63,465 nt of DNA, filler included, from Craspedostauros australis (GCA_030167865.1; 10 parts of 10 records of this genome joined end to end with filler, not necessarily neighbours in it); one strand, 5' to 3'; numbered from the whole stretch's first letter, positions 47,362 to 59,183 are shown. The notes: generated by a model not told the origin, from the sequence alone. Program-made: numbers and translations.

Positions 47362-48980
47362 ACCTGGGTCGTAAAAGTATGAGAGAAACCGTGGCGCAAT
47401 GCCTGGGTGAAAACTCTCGTTACGCGTCCGCAGTGACCGCACAAAAGATTTGGGTCTTTTGTGGCCACCGCTCTATCTTACATCTGGCATTTTGACCGAT
47501 CCGATTCAAAAATGAGGAACGGAGACAAGCGGATGTTGAAATGTCCGGGTGCTGTAGACTTGTTGGTAAAAGTAGACTGTTTCTGTTGAGGGTTGGTAAC
47601 CTTTTCTCTGTCAATTTTATGAGCTATTCTATTTCCGATTCTGCTCTCTCTCTGCTGCTCTGCTTATCGTGATCTCGTGCTGTACATCAGCCACTCTGCT
47701 GATCTTATCTTGTGTATCCATGTTGCTTCCGGCTATGGAGCAATCCCATTCGTACTCGGAACCATTGGTGCATTCATCTGTGATTCTATCTTGCTCACAG
47801 ATTGCAATGTTGATGTTCCGAATCTGAACACATAAGGACACACATGGAGAGTCCTCCAATGTCAAGGTGTTTGCAAGTGTCATGTTCAATCTTGCATTCT
47901 GCACACTGGGGTAAAGTATTGAGACCACTACATTCGGTCACAGTTTCGGTCGTGGTACAGACACACGATTCATCTGACCTCCGCGAGTTTTCAGTCTCGA
48001 TCCGAGTCCCGCCTTCGTCTGGTCGGTGACGTCATGCCAAATCTCGACAAGCGGATGGTTCGCAATGTATTCGAATGGTTCGAACAGTTGATCGTACTCG
48101 TCCCTTCCTGTCTAGATACAAACAGAGAGACAGAGACAGACAGAGAGAGAGAGAGAGAGAGTTCGTCATCGTAAGAGCAGAGCAGTTGTATTCGTAGTGC
48201 TATGTGTACAACTGAATATTCATAGTATTCTTATGAATATGTCTAGATGGATCCTTCCCAAGTACCTGCCACGATCCCATGCCTCATGCATACTCGTGCA
48301 TGTTCGAGCCACAGGACACCACTTCCTTGGCCATCCACATGTTTCCGTAAATCATGTCTGAGTGCAGATGCTTCAGATGATTGGACCAATGCCACAGACC
48401 TGAGGCATGCATCCTCATATTTGTCCCATGCTCCAGCTAGGTCAACACGTCCGCTTGCAGTATCTTGGCCTGCTCCTGTTGGAAAGCTCTGTACACAGAT
48501 GACTCTTGCACTGTAGACAATGGTGGTGGTGATATTCCAATTCTGTTTGCTATTTCATTTCATTGTTGTTCCGATGGCCTGGCTATGAGTCGTCATGCAA
48601 GATGCTCTCTCACCATTTCTTGTTTTCTCTCTCTCTCTCTCTCTCTTGCATGTTGGTACTACATGATACTATGTAGTTGATACATACTCTGTATTTGATA
48701 TGTACTCAATTGTCTCACTTGGTCATTGAATCTGTGCCTTCTTGTTCTGATGTGGAGCCAGATGTTGGCATGGTGACACAATGCCATCATGTCAACACCA
48801 GCTGTCATCATTGTTCCACACTCATGTGGATTCCATATTCTGTTGATGATGCAGTGGTCTAGTGAAGGTATTGTCATTTGAGGTTTAGTTGTGAAGTACA
48901 TTGATGATTGCTTGATGTCATGCGTTTCTGCCAGTTGATGGAAGGAATGGATTCCTGGTGCTCTCAGAAATGACTGTTCA

Positions 48981-49126
48981 CAAATTTCCTTCCAAAATTC
49001 TGATTGTTTTGGTGTGTCCAAATTTGTGATGTGACCTCAATCAATCACAGTTCACTCATGACACAAATGTAGTTTTGCTGCTTGCGTGTAGAATAAGATA
49101 ACAATGGGTGAGCAATGCACATGTAT
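48981..49126 (+). repeat. Dispersed non-coding element family 2, copy X
   Basis: Aligns with one gap to the reverse complement of 63314-63458 (blocks CAAATTTCCT, AATCACAGT, TGACACnAATGTAGTT, GGGTGA, ATGCACAT). Confidence 0.75.
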
Positions 49127-49508
49127 GTTGGCAAGTTCCGCTCACGGTAACCTGCGATCGTGGAAGATGGTGTTGGTTGATAGTCGTCTGTTTGCTATTT
49201 CATTACGTTGGCACTCCGATACTCTCGGTGTCCGTTCGTTCTCTTGCCNNNNNNNNNNNNNNNNTCAATCTGTTTCGTAGATTCGGTCTCCGACTATGAG
49301 TCGGTACGCGAGATCCTCTCTCGCTCCTCTCTGTATTCTCTCTCTCTCTCTCACTATCGTGTGCTCGTGCTACACGATACTCCGTGTTCGATGCGTGCTC
49401 CGCATTCGACACTCCGTTCATTCGGTACTGGCTTCTACTCCATGAGTACTTACCATTTGAAGTTCACCTTCAGTATCCATGATCTTCATGGGTCATCGTA
49501 TCTTCGCC

Positions 49509-49608
49509 NNNNNNNNNNNNNNNNNNNNNNNNNNNNNNNNNNNNNNNNNNNNTTAATTAATTAANNNNNNNNNNNNNNNNNNNNNNNNNNNNNNNNNNNN
49601 NNNNNNNN
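49509..49608. other. Artificial contig-joining spacer
   Basis: 44 N + TTAATTAATTAA + 44 N. Confidence 0.98.
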
Positions 49609-50445
49609 GTTGTTCTTGATGTCGATATCGATGTTAGCGTTGGCTGATTCGATGAGGCACTTGACGCAGTCAGAATGACCTTCGGAGCATGCGAGATGAA
49701 GGGGAGTGTCACCATCGTTGTTTTTGCAGTTGGCGTTGGCCTTCGCAGAGTCGACGAGGTACTTGACACACTCCAGATGACCATTGTAGCATGCTAGATG
49801 AAGAGGAGTGTCATCATTGTCGTTGATGCAGTTGGCGTTGACCTTCGCAGAGTCGACGAGGTACTTGACACATTCGAGATGACCATTGTGGCATGCCAGA
49901 TGAAGAGGAGTGTCATCATCTTCGTTTTCGCAGTTGGCATCGGCCTTCGCAGAGTCGACCAGGTACTTGGCACACTCGAGATGACCATATTCGCATGCCA
50001 GATGAAGAGGAGTGGAATCATCTTCGTCTTTGCAGTTGGCATCGGCCTTCGCAGAGTCGACGAGGTACTTGACACATTCGAGATGACCTTCGGAGCATGC
50101 CAGATGAAGAGGAGTGTTACCATCGTCGTCTTCCCAGTTGGCGTCGGCCTTCGCAGACTCGACGAGGTACTTGGCACACTCTAGATGGCCATTTTGGCAT
50201 GCCAGATGAAGAGGAGTGTCATCATTGTGGTTGATGCAGTTGGCATCGGCCTTCGCAGAGTCGACGAGGTACTTGACACACTCCAGATGGCCATTTTGGC
50301 ATGCCAGATGAAGAGGAGTGTCACCATCATCGTCTGCGACCTTGTTGACATCAACGTCTTCCTTCTGCTTCTTCCATTCTTTCAACACAGACACTTCACC
50401 TGCCTTGGCGGCATCAAGGAGTTGTTGGTTCGAAACATCCTGCAT
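49609..50445 (-). CDS. Ankyrin-repeat protein with seven near-identical 34-aa repeats; 3'-truncated
   Basis: N-cap LLDAAKAG followed by repeats of TPLHLACxxGHLECVKYLVDSAKADAN; 102-bp DNA period. Confidence 0.93.
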
Positions 50446-51520
50446 GTTGAGATGATGGTTGGTGGTGGATGATTGTTGAGCGTTTGTTAGCTGGATGATT
50501 GTTGGATGTTGTTTGATTGGTGATTGTTGGATGATTTTATGAAATGGTGCCTGCTTTATGAGATGAAATGGTCAAGATCCAGATTGTGTGTCCCAATTCC
50601 ACCAGTGCAACGACGAGCACGTCTACGAGCACGAATACGAGTATGTACGCGTAGTTGTATGATGCCGTGTGATGAGCAGCATGCCAACGCCTCTTGTTGG
50701 TGGATTCGAGCGTGGATTTCGATACCTGGAGTAGGACTCGCACAACGTTGTTGTCTCCTTGCCTCAGTCTTTCATTGTCTTTCATTGTCTTTCTCTCTCC
50801 TTCTGTCGCTTTCTTTCTGTGTTGGCCTCCATCCCTTGATCACCATCCCTTGATCCCCATCCCACGATCGTGTCCTGCTTCGGCACGAGTACGATCTATG
50901 GAGTGTTGTGGAGGAGGATCACCAGCGTGGAGTCTCAACATCCATCGTGTCCTGGTTTTGTTGGATCATGTGGGACACCAAGAAGTGGAGTTGGACGAGA
51001 ACACTCTCCACGACACGATCTTTGTGGTTGTGGGAACGAAACCAGGGATCTTGTGTGATGAGAACGGAGTATCTTCGACTCGTGGGATCGTTGAAACAGG
51101 ACAATGACCAGTGTCACCAATCGAAAGCATGAAGAAGGCGATCGATCAATCGTTGTGACACACATCCAGTTCGAAAGGCTTGTACAGTGTTCTCATTGGT
51201 TCATGTGGTCATGAGAGGAAGAGCCATGTGACGCAATTGACTGTGTCTCGTGATGCATCCTCATCCATGTGGATGTGGTTGTGGTTGTGCTCCGATCCAC
51301 ACAAATAGAATACCAACTAGAGTACTCTCTGTATTTGGTATTATATAGTGATTCTTTGTAGTTTACGGCTTTGTGTTCATGAAGCAGCGTAGCCTTTGAT
51401 ATTCGTCTGATGCCAAGTGCATAGATCGTTCGTGGCAACGTGAATTGCCTTTCGGTCATTGCGAAGCCACTGTGCCGAACGCTGCTGAGTCGAGTGCCAT
51501 TGTTCGGACCAGCTCACATT

Positions 51521-52673
51521 TCACTTCTGTAACTGTGCCATGAGGGTCGCCATCTGATCCTGCAGGACTTGCAGCTGTGAGGCAGCCGTCGCCTTGAGGC
51601 TGGGTCCGAGCTGCTGGATGCCATCAGTATCATTGAGCCTGACGACCTGACCATCCCCGATGTTGATCTCGAAGTTGGCGCCCTCGTAGTTTGTTGGTGA
51701 CGTTTGGTTGTTGTTGCCCTTGTGCTTTTTGGCGACGGTTGCAACCAGTGCGCCGACATCACGTGGTTCCACTGGGGATCCATTCTGTGAGCTGTTGTTG
51801 CAGCATCGGCCGCAGCAGCAGCAGAAAGAATGCGTGTGCATGTGCAATGTGGTGCAATGTGGTGCAAGTAGGAGTATGTCACATTGAAAGAAATGAAAAA
51901 GATAGAGCAACAGTGTGAACCGAAGAGTTTCACCAGATATGTTGTGAGAGACGATGCATGACAGCAGAGTAAATGAACTGACGATGAATGATAGCTGTCC
52001 ATACCAAAGATCAGGACCACCGCAGAATCATCAGCAACGCACTTGCAAGATCTCGATTGCAATGATGGTTCCACGCAGCACATACAAACACAACAGAGCA
52101 TATGGAAGACAGTACGTACTACAGCACTTCCCCGCGCCGCGCCGTGCGCAGGATGCTCCCTGGCGCAACGTTGCCATACCGACGCGTCGGTGCGGGCGTC
52201 GCAGCCACGGGCGGCAAGGGCTTGTTGTTGGCTGGCAACGGACGCTTGTGACCTGCCACCTGCACGCCGTCCTTCTGCAGGAGCAGCTGCAGCAAGTTGC
52301 ACTCGTACTTGGCGTTGAAATCCCGGATCTTCATGCCTTTCACAGCCCTCGACAGCTTGAGCATGTTGGCGATGTGCGTGCCCTGCTGCTCGTGCGTGGC
52401 GCGCAGCAGATCGGTGCGCAGCAGATCGATCTCCTTGCGCTTATGCTCTTCGAGATCCTCGATGAGCGACTGCACGTGATGCGGGTTGGCTCCGTCGATC
52501 GTGTCAGCCGCGTTCGTGGTGTTCTGCGATGTGTCCCACATGCCCAGAATGTTGCGCTTGGCCGCATCGCGCGGGCGGTTCTGAGACGCGGCGCTGGTGA
52601 CCGCGATGCTCGGCGACGAGAATTGATTGTGGAAGGCATGGCGGCCTCCAGCGCGGATGGGTGATCTGGACAT
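51521..52673 (-). CDS. CDCA8: Borealin-like chromosomal passenger complex subunit, 2 exons (52673-52120, 51791-51521)
   Basis: N-terminal helix ending MLKLSRAVKGMKIRDF. Splicing (TA|gtacgt...acag|C) gives RTARRGEVLYSQNGSPV, matching the borealin GE..S.NGSP signature. Confidence 0.7.
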
Positions 52674-53370
52674 GGTGGTGCTCGTCGTGTGGTTTCTCTT
52701 ACTGTTACTGGTGTGGTTGTTGCTGTTCGTGCTGCTGCTCTTGTTGACGTTGATGTGGTGGTCGATGACAATGATGCTCCTGTTCGTGCTGCTGATGATG
52801 TGTGGGGATGTGATGAAGGGATGTGTGCTTCGGAGGTCTGTGAATTGTGGCACTGTGCTATCATCACGCGAACGCAACATGATGGCATCACCACAAGCAA
52901 CAGAAATGAAGGTGAAGCAGAAGAAGACGCAAAGTCCGTGACCTGCCCAAATTTGAATTTGTTCGGGTGTTCGCAACGACCGTTACAATCGTATCTTAGT
53001 CCATCGATTCGAATACTGAAGAAGCCAAGTCGACTGGTTCGAATAGAGTCTCCATTCCAACACGCCAAACTCACGCCGAACTACCGCCACGACACAAACA
53101 AAGGAGAACAACAGGGACACCCGGCAAAAGGCAACGGAAACGTATTTCGACTAGTACGACTACTTTGACATCCAAAACCAATTTTGTCACTCAGACACAA
53201 GAAGGCCGCAATTGACATTCCACGATTGGCGAAGAACGAATCTCCTTTCGAAGAACTTAGTGAGAAACCCTGTTGGACCTATTTCGGAGAAACAAAAGGA
53301 GGCATTGATGCCGCTGGCCTAATTGATCGAGTCCCGTCNNNNNNNNNNNNNNNNNNTTTCTAATTCTAAA

Positions 53371-53517
53371 TAAATCGAATGACGGATAAATAAATCGAGT
53401 GACGGATAAATAAATCGAATGACGGATATTTAAATCGAATGACGGATAAATAAATCGAATGACGGATATTAAAATCGAGTGACGGATAAATAAATCGAAT
53501 GACGGATAAATAAGTCG
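53371..53517. repeat. 20-bp minisatellite TAAATCGA(A/G)TGACGGATA(AA/TT), 7 full units plus a partial
   Basis: Units start at 53371, 53391, 53411, 53431, 53451, 53471 and 53491. Confidence 0.95.
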
Positions 53518-53574
53518 CACAAGTTTGTCACTCGTGACCCAAGAAGACAAGGCCGGCAAGTGATCGAACTAATC

Positions 53575-53674
53575 NNNNNNNNNNNNNNNNNNNNNNNNNN
53601 NNNNNNNNNNNNNNNNNNTTAATTAATTAANNNNNNNNNNNNNNNNNNNNNNNNNNNNNNNNNNNNNNNNNNNN
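53575..53674. other. Artificial contig-joining spacer
   Basis: 44 N + TTAATTAATTAA + 44 N. Confidence 0.98.
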
Positions 53675-54234
53675 TCCACAAGTAGTCAATTTAGAATACT
53701 GGTAGATGGTGAAGAAACGTGCGGATTATGAGATTAGTGCTATGGTTCTTCCCTTCGATGGGGATCTCCTGTGGTGTCCTGAATGACAATGCGTGTGGGT
53801 TGTGTAGCCCAAGTACCGTGGGTCGAGATCCGTTGTCTGAGTTCTGTGAGAGACAATGGGCGATGGCGCGTGTTGTTGTGGCCTTGGTTCCGTGTGTCGG
53901 CGTTTTGGCGATGGTGGGTGTCAGAAACTTGGTTATCGGAACCCTATTGGTTCCCTGACATGAATTCCGAAGATCTGCTTCAAGGTTCTGGATCTGTCTC
54001 CAAACGTGGGGTCCGGCGAAGTGTTCGTTCGATCTACTGGAATGCTGACGAGTCGGATGATTCGTAGTCTCTCTCACTAAGGTGGTTACTAGTTTAGCTC
54101 TATTAGGTATATTATTGCATTTGGCCAGCAGCAACTCACGATCGATGGTCTGCGTGACACAGCTCGTACTAGAGTACTATGCAAGTTTAGGTATGTGCGT
54201 CCTCGTTTGTGCTCCAGCGACAACTGCCAGTACT

Positions 54235-57039
54235 TTACTGTCCCGGAATAGAGACCTTTGATGATCCCTTTCGTCTCTTCCGAGCTGATACGATCATCTT
54301 CTTTGAAGAAATGGAAGCGGCTGCGGATCCCGAGGGTGAGCTGATGGTAACGCTTGGCCTGCTGCTTTGCGGACCTGTTGCTCTGCTGCCGGTTCGTGCA
54401 TCATCCTGCCGCATGGATTGCTCCCATGGTCTGACGATCGTGGTTGCGGAAAGCAGCGAATGTGACGATGATGACTTCGTGCGTTTCCTTTTCTGAGAGC
54501 GGCCACGACGAGTGGACGAGGATGAGGAGATAGCGCTGCTGGTGTTGGCATTCGCATCCGCTGAATCTGCCGAATCAGACCGCTCTCGTCGTGGGTCCGG
54601 TGCTCTGCTGGTTGCTCTTTGCGATGCATCATGTTCCGGTGCCTGAGCCTTGGCTGCTGATTGTCGCTGCGCCAACTCTATCTCAGACACTTCTTTTGGT
54701 TGCGATTCTGATGTTTTGCGCTGTTGTTGCCGTTGCTTCTTCTTTGGTGTCTTCTTGGGAGATGATGGAGGTGATCGCAACGCAACGTTGGACGACTCAG
54801 ATGTCTTAGCCGCCGCCAGCTCCATCTCTTCAACTCGTTCCTCCCTCCGAAGCAGCTGTCGCATGTGGCTTTGCATCTTTCGTGTCTGCTCTTTGAACAG
54901 GGCCTCGCGGTGCTCCAACTCTTTCTGTTTCTGTTCAATGCGTTGCTCCGCTTCTCGCAAACGTTGCGATTTCCTCTTGACATCATCGTCATCGTCATCA
55001 TCTTCTTCATTTGCCGCGACAGGAGCTATGCGGATCTTCGATCGTGCCTTCCTCTGATCTTCGCGCGCATCGCGGTGCTCGGACTTATCGGATTCTAAAT
55101 GATCGTCGATCTCGATCGGCCGAGCGCGGCTGTTGCGGTTGCCTTCATTCTTGGGAGATGTTGGGGATAGCCGGTTCCGCAGCTTCGCATTTTCTGCCTT
55201 CAGGTCCATAACAGTCTTCTGGCTCTCTTGCACAACCTCTTGGAGGCTCACTATTTCGGACAGCAGCATCCCTTCTACATCTACCGTATTGTGGAAGAGC
55301 TCCATCGCAACGTCATTGGCGTCACTGTTGCTGCTGTTGCTGCTGCAGGTGTCCTTCAAGCTCTTCTTGGAGGGGGTGGCGACATCTCGTTTGGATTTCT
55401 TCGTTCTCTTCTTGTCGTCGTGGCTGTTTTTGCTGTTACTACTTTGTTGCGCAGTTTGATCATCCTCGTCCTCTTCGACGCGCCGACCATGGTTGCTTCT
55501 GGTGTTCTTGTTTCTTGCCTCCCTATCACCTTGCTCAAACGACGGCGATGGCGACGAAGACTGATGAGCATCTTTATTATCGTGGTCGGCATCATCGACA
55601 GCAGTCAGAGACTGATCGGAGACCATCATCCCATGCGGAGACCTTGTATTCGTGATCTTCGCGTAGATCTCTTCCATCATTGATTTCACCTTGGGCCACT
55701 CTGAGAGCATGGTCTGAAGCCCTTCAACATCCAAGCCGTTCGTGAGAATTGATGACGAAGAAACGCCTCCAGATTGTTTCGGAGACGACGACGACCATGA
55801 TGATTGCGGGGGCGTCAAAGAATGAGGTGCCATGCGCTCTTCATGTTGCGCGGTCGCGGAATCCACTTGTGCTGCATCCTTTGCTGCTGGTTTGGACCTT
55901 GTCTTGTTTGCGGCTTTCGAATTGGCATGGTCAGGGTCGGCGTTGTTTGGCCTGGGAGTGCATTGGGATGGCAACCGCTTTGCGCTCTTCCTTGCTTTCG
56001 GTGTCGATTCATTTTCAGTTTGATTCGTTTGCTGCGATGTGCTGCTCTGACGCCGGGATGTGGGACGTTCGCTGTCACTTCCATCCTCCTCATCCATGCA
56101 ATCCATCGTATCAGCCTCAGCGTTGTCATCTTCATTTGTATTGGCGTCGTTGGCACAATGTCGCGGTGCAGCTGGGCGTGAATTAACCACTTGTCGCATC
56201 TGCTTCTGCTTCTTCCCCTGCTCTTGCTGCGAGTTGGCAGATTCGCGCAGAGCATCTGAAAACGTCACATGCCTCCTGCCTGTCTTTGCTCTCGCAGATT
56301 TCGTTTTCGATAATGGCGCAGGCGTTACCAAAGATCCGTCGTTTTCAGAGATTTCTTCCGCTGCATGATTCGTTGCTGTCTTCGTTTTGAATCCATCGCG
56401 GTCACGTTGACTTGATTTGATGTGCTTGTGTTGCGAGATCGTTGAGGAGGTTCTGAGTATGGATTTTGGCCCGTTCCTTGTCGTGTCCTGAGCGTGGATC
56501 TGCGTCTGCGTCTGCTGCTTCTGCTGCTTGTGGTTGTCCGATTTATCCCTGTGCTGGCGTTTGGGTGGACTCTTGCGTTGATCCGTCCCGTCGTCTTCAT
56601 CTTCATCACCGCAGATATTCGCGCGCATACTTCTGCTCTGCTGCTGACTCCTTCGGTCTTCCTTTCTCTGACGTGGCTGCAAATGAACTGGCTGCGACAC
56701 CCGTTGCCTGTCGTTCTTCGACGAGTCTCCAGGCTCTGATGCAAAGATTTTCTCCCAGCACACCATTCCGGTCCCCGCTCTTGCGGGTATTGGAATTGTT
56801 GATGTTGCTGCTGCTTCCACAACTGCTCTTTCTTCTGTGGATGTGACTCGTTTCGTCGCCCCGGTCAACACCTCCGTTCTTGATGGCCTTGCTGCGGAAG
56901 GCACCTTCGAATCTGTTGATCCCGACCTTGCCTTGCCGTTCATCCCACGGCCACTCGTTCTGCTTCGGTTGCACGCAGGCGGCATGCCAGGCAAACTCGC
57001 GGTGCCACGACGTGGCGTCCCATTCAAAATCCTCGGCAT
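54235..57039 (-). CDS. Large disordered protein with coiled-coil segments, function unknown
   Basis: 934-aa ATG-initiated ORF with heptad-like stretches (LQEVVQESQKTVMDLKAENAKL; LREAEQRIEQKQKELE). Confidence 0.75.
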   Translation of the reverse strand: MPRILNGTPRRGTASLPGMPPACNRSRTSGRGMNGKARSGSTDSKVPSAARPSRTEVLTGATKRVTSTEERAVVEAAATSTIPIPARAGTGMVCWEKIFASEPGDSSKNDRQRVSQPVHLQPRQRKEDRRSQQQSRSMRANICGDEDEDDGTDQRKSPPKRQHRDKSDNHKQQKQQTQTQIHAQDTTRNGPKSILRTSSTISQHKHIKSSQRDRDGFKTKTATNHAAEEISENDGSLVTPAPLSKTKSARAKTGRRHVTFSDALRESANSQQEQGKKQKQMRQVVNSRPAAPRHCANDANTNEDDNAEADTMDCMDEEDGSDSERPTSRRQSSTSQQTNQTENESTPKARKSAKRLPSQCTPRPNNADPDHANSKAANKTRSKPAAKDAAQVDSATAQHEERMAPHSLTPPQSSWSSSSPKQSGGVSSSSILTNGLDVEGLQTMLSEWPKVKSMMEEIYAKITNTRSPHGMMVSDQSLTAVDDADHDNKDAHQSSSPSPSFEQGDREARNKNTRSNHGRRVEEDEDDQTAQQSSNSKNSHDDKKRTKKSKRDVATPSKKSLKDTCSSNSSNSDANDVAMELFHNTVDVEGMLLSEIVSLQEVVQESQKTVMDLKAENAKLRNRLSPTSPKNEGNRNSRARPIEIDDHLESDKSEHRDAREDQRKARSKIRIAPVAANEEDDDDDDDVKRKSQRLREAEQRIEQKQKELEHREALFKEQTRKMQSHMRQLLRREERVEEMELAAAKTSESSNVALRSPPSSPKKTPKKKQRQQQRKTSESQPKEVSEIELAQRQSAAKAQAPEHDASQRATSRAPDPRRERSDSADSADANANTSSAISSSSSTRRGRSQKRKRTKSSSSHSLLSATTIVRPWEQSMRQDDARTGSRATGPQSSRPSVTISSPSGSAAASISSKKMIVSARKRRKGSSKVSIPGQ

Positions 57040-57897
57040 CTTGGCTTGAAGTTAACGATGATGGCGATTGCGATGATCACGATGGTCGTGACAACGGTGG
57101 CGGTTGCGACGCAATTGGGTACGTCAAGTTCTTTGAGACAGTGATGGAAGAGTGCAATGCGCTTCTGTTCGTTCTTACTCTGTTCTGCCTTGCTGTGGAC
57201 TGCCTTTTGTTTTCGCTGCGCCAGAAGTGAATTTCCTTTTCTTGGCGAAAGTGATGCTGGCGAAAGTGATGCTGGTGATGATGACGATGACGATGATGAC
57301 AATACCATCTGATCAGCTCTCTGTTTCGGCAGTTGCTCCAAACAGGTCGATGTCCAACATCGTGTTGCCTTCCGCAATGCCGATCACAACGCACGCCATT
57401 TTTTCTTCATCTGGGCATCACTGTTTTCTGGCGAGTGATAATCGAACGAGTCAACTGGGCTGGATTTGAGCAAACACCAATGAACACACGTCATGTGCTT
57501 TTCCCTTGAGGAGTTCATGACAGACACAAAATGCGAAGTCATTTTGTTTTGCCGTTGAGACACAAATCGGACAACAATGTGACAACGCGGCCACTGTTCG
57601 ACATTCATTGGTAATCGGACAATGAAGAAGTCTAAACTGCCGTTCGAAGATAGAGAAGGATCATGCTTCCACGCGGAAAGAACATGGCGGCCAATCTCTG
57701 TTCTTGCGTGGACGCAGAAACAAACAGCACCAACACATCGCACGTTCTCTCGTTCCACCTTCCTGGATGCGCATCTCTCGGCGCAATCGCCAACACTTTC
57801 GTCTGTATCCAACAAGCGAGACGAGATCAGACAACAACTACATACCATCAAGCATCCAACGGAGAGCACAATACAGGTTACACATTACACAAGCAAC

Positions 57898-58125
57898 ATG
57901 GCAACGACACCACGCGAAGACGCCACCGCCGCAGCAGATGGATCGAATGACAAGCTGATGAATGGACCATGCAAGAAGCAATACGCGATGCTGCAAGAGT
58001 GCGGACTGCGCCGCCTGGGTACGGAAGCAGCGAGTGCCACTCCAAAGCAGCAACTCCAAGCATGTCCCAGCGAGACGGATCTGCTCATCAGATGCATCCA
58101 CAAGTTCCCCATCTACTTCCAATAG
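57898..58125 (+). CDS. Twin CX9C (CHCH) small protein, 75 aa
   Basis: C-KKQYAMLQE-C and C-PSETDLLIR-C. Confidence 0.75.
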   Translation: MATTPREDATAAADGSNDKLMNGPCKKQYAMLQECGLRRLGTEAASATPKQQLQACPSETDLLIRCIHKFPIYFQ

Positions 58126-58487
58126 CTGTGAACGCCAAGACTCATTTTTTGGCGCGGATACTCCAACTCTGCTCAGTATCTTGGTCAGGTTTTGGCGCAA
58201 ACCAAGCAAGATACCGACTCGCGGAGCAGATCGTGCTCCACTCCGTGTGGACAGCGTGTGAATGGATTAGAGCACTAGAGCATGGTACTCTACTCTATTC
58301 TACTCTATTCCACTCAACGATCTTTTCCACAGGAAACGCCACAACAAGACAGCACAACCACAAGACAACACAACAAGACAACACAACCAAACAAACCAAC
58401 AGGCAAACAAGGAGCACCCGCAAAAACAGCCACAGCAATAACAACACCGTCCATTCTGCAAGTCCCAACGGCGACGAACCTTCCAAC

Positions 58488-59183
58488 ATGAACAGCGCAA
58501 ACCAATCGTCAGACAAGAATGCCAGCGTCGTGTCCTTCAATGTTGGCGGCAAGATCTTCACGGTCAGCACGGCGACTCTGACGAAGTTCAGCAAGAGCAC
58601 CCTCTTTCGCCTGGCCAACGACGACACGCGCGCAAGCCCGACATCGGTCCGCAGCTTCGTGGGCACCGCCCGCAACGAGAACATCCAGAACAACACGAGC
58701 CAAGACGCCCAACCGCCCATCTTCTTAGACGGCAACTCCACCCGATTCGAGTACGTGCTGGACTACATGCGAAACGACAAGGTGTTCCTGCCGCAAACCA
58801 TCCCGCGCGAGGCATTCCTGAACGACCTCGAGACGTACAACATCGTGGCGAACCACGCGAAGATCCGCGCCGCGTCCAACTTCGGCATCGCCCGCGCCGT
58901 GGAGTTCAAGAAGTGCATGCTGGAAGGGCACTTCATGTCATTCGCGCTGTGGTCTCGCACCGTCATGATCCAGCCCGACACAGTGCTGGGCCCCATCGGG
59001 ACGTTCGTCGTCGTCCTGAACAAGAACAATGAGTACCCCTTCAGCTTCGACAACATCAAGAGCTACAACCACAACAAGGCGCTCTTCGAGGATTGCTTGT
59101 CGGAGGTTGGTCTCAGTCTCGTCAAGTTCTCGCAGAACGCCTTGTCGCTGTCCTTCACGCTAATGATCGCCAAGGCGAATTGA
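58488..59183 (+). CDS. BTB/POZ (KCTD/T1-type) domain protein
   Basis: VSFNVGGKIFTVSTATL...PIFLDGNSTRFEYVLDYMR. Confidence 0.88.
   Translation: MNSANQSSDKNASVVSFNVGGKIFTVSTATLTKFSKSTLFRLANDDTRASPTSVRSFVGTARNENIQNNTSQDAQPPIFLDGNSTRFEYVLDYMRNDKVFLPQTIPREAFLNDLETYNIVANHAKIRAASNFGIARAVEFKKCMLEGHFMSFALWSRTVMIQPDTVLGPIGTFVVVLNKNNEYPFSFDNIKSYNHNKALFEDCLSEVGLSLVKFSQNALSLSFTLMIAKAN

Noticed and set aside
49615..50335. TALE-like DNA-binding repeats (34 aa with a variable di-residue)
   Set aside because: The TPLHLAC..GH consensus is ankyrin, with no TALE consensus; the length match is coincidental.
53371..53517. CRISPR array
   Set aside because: Units are contiguous, with no unique spacers and no cas genes.
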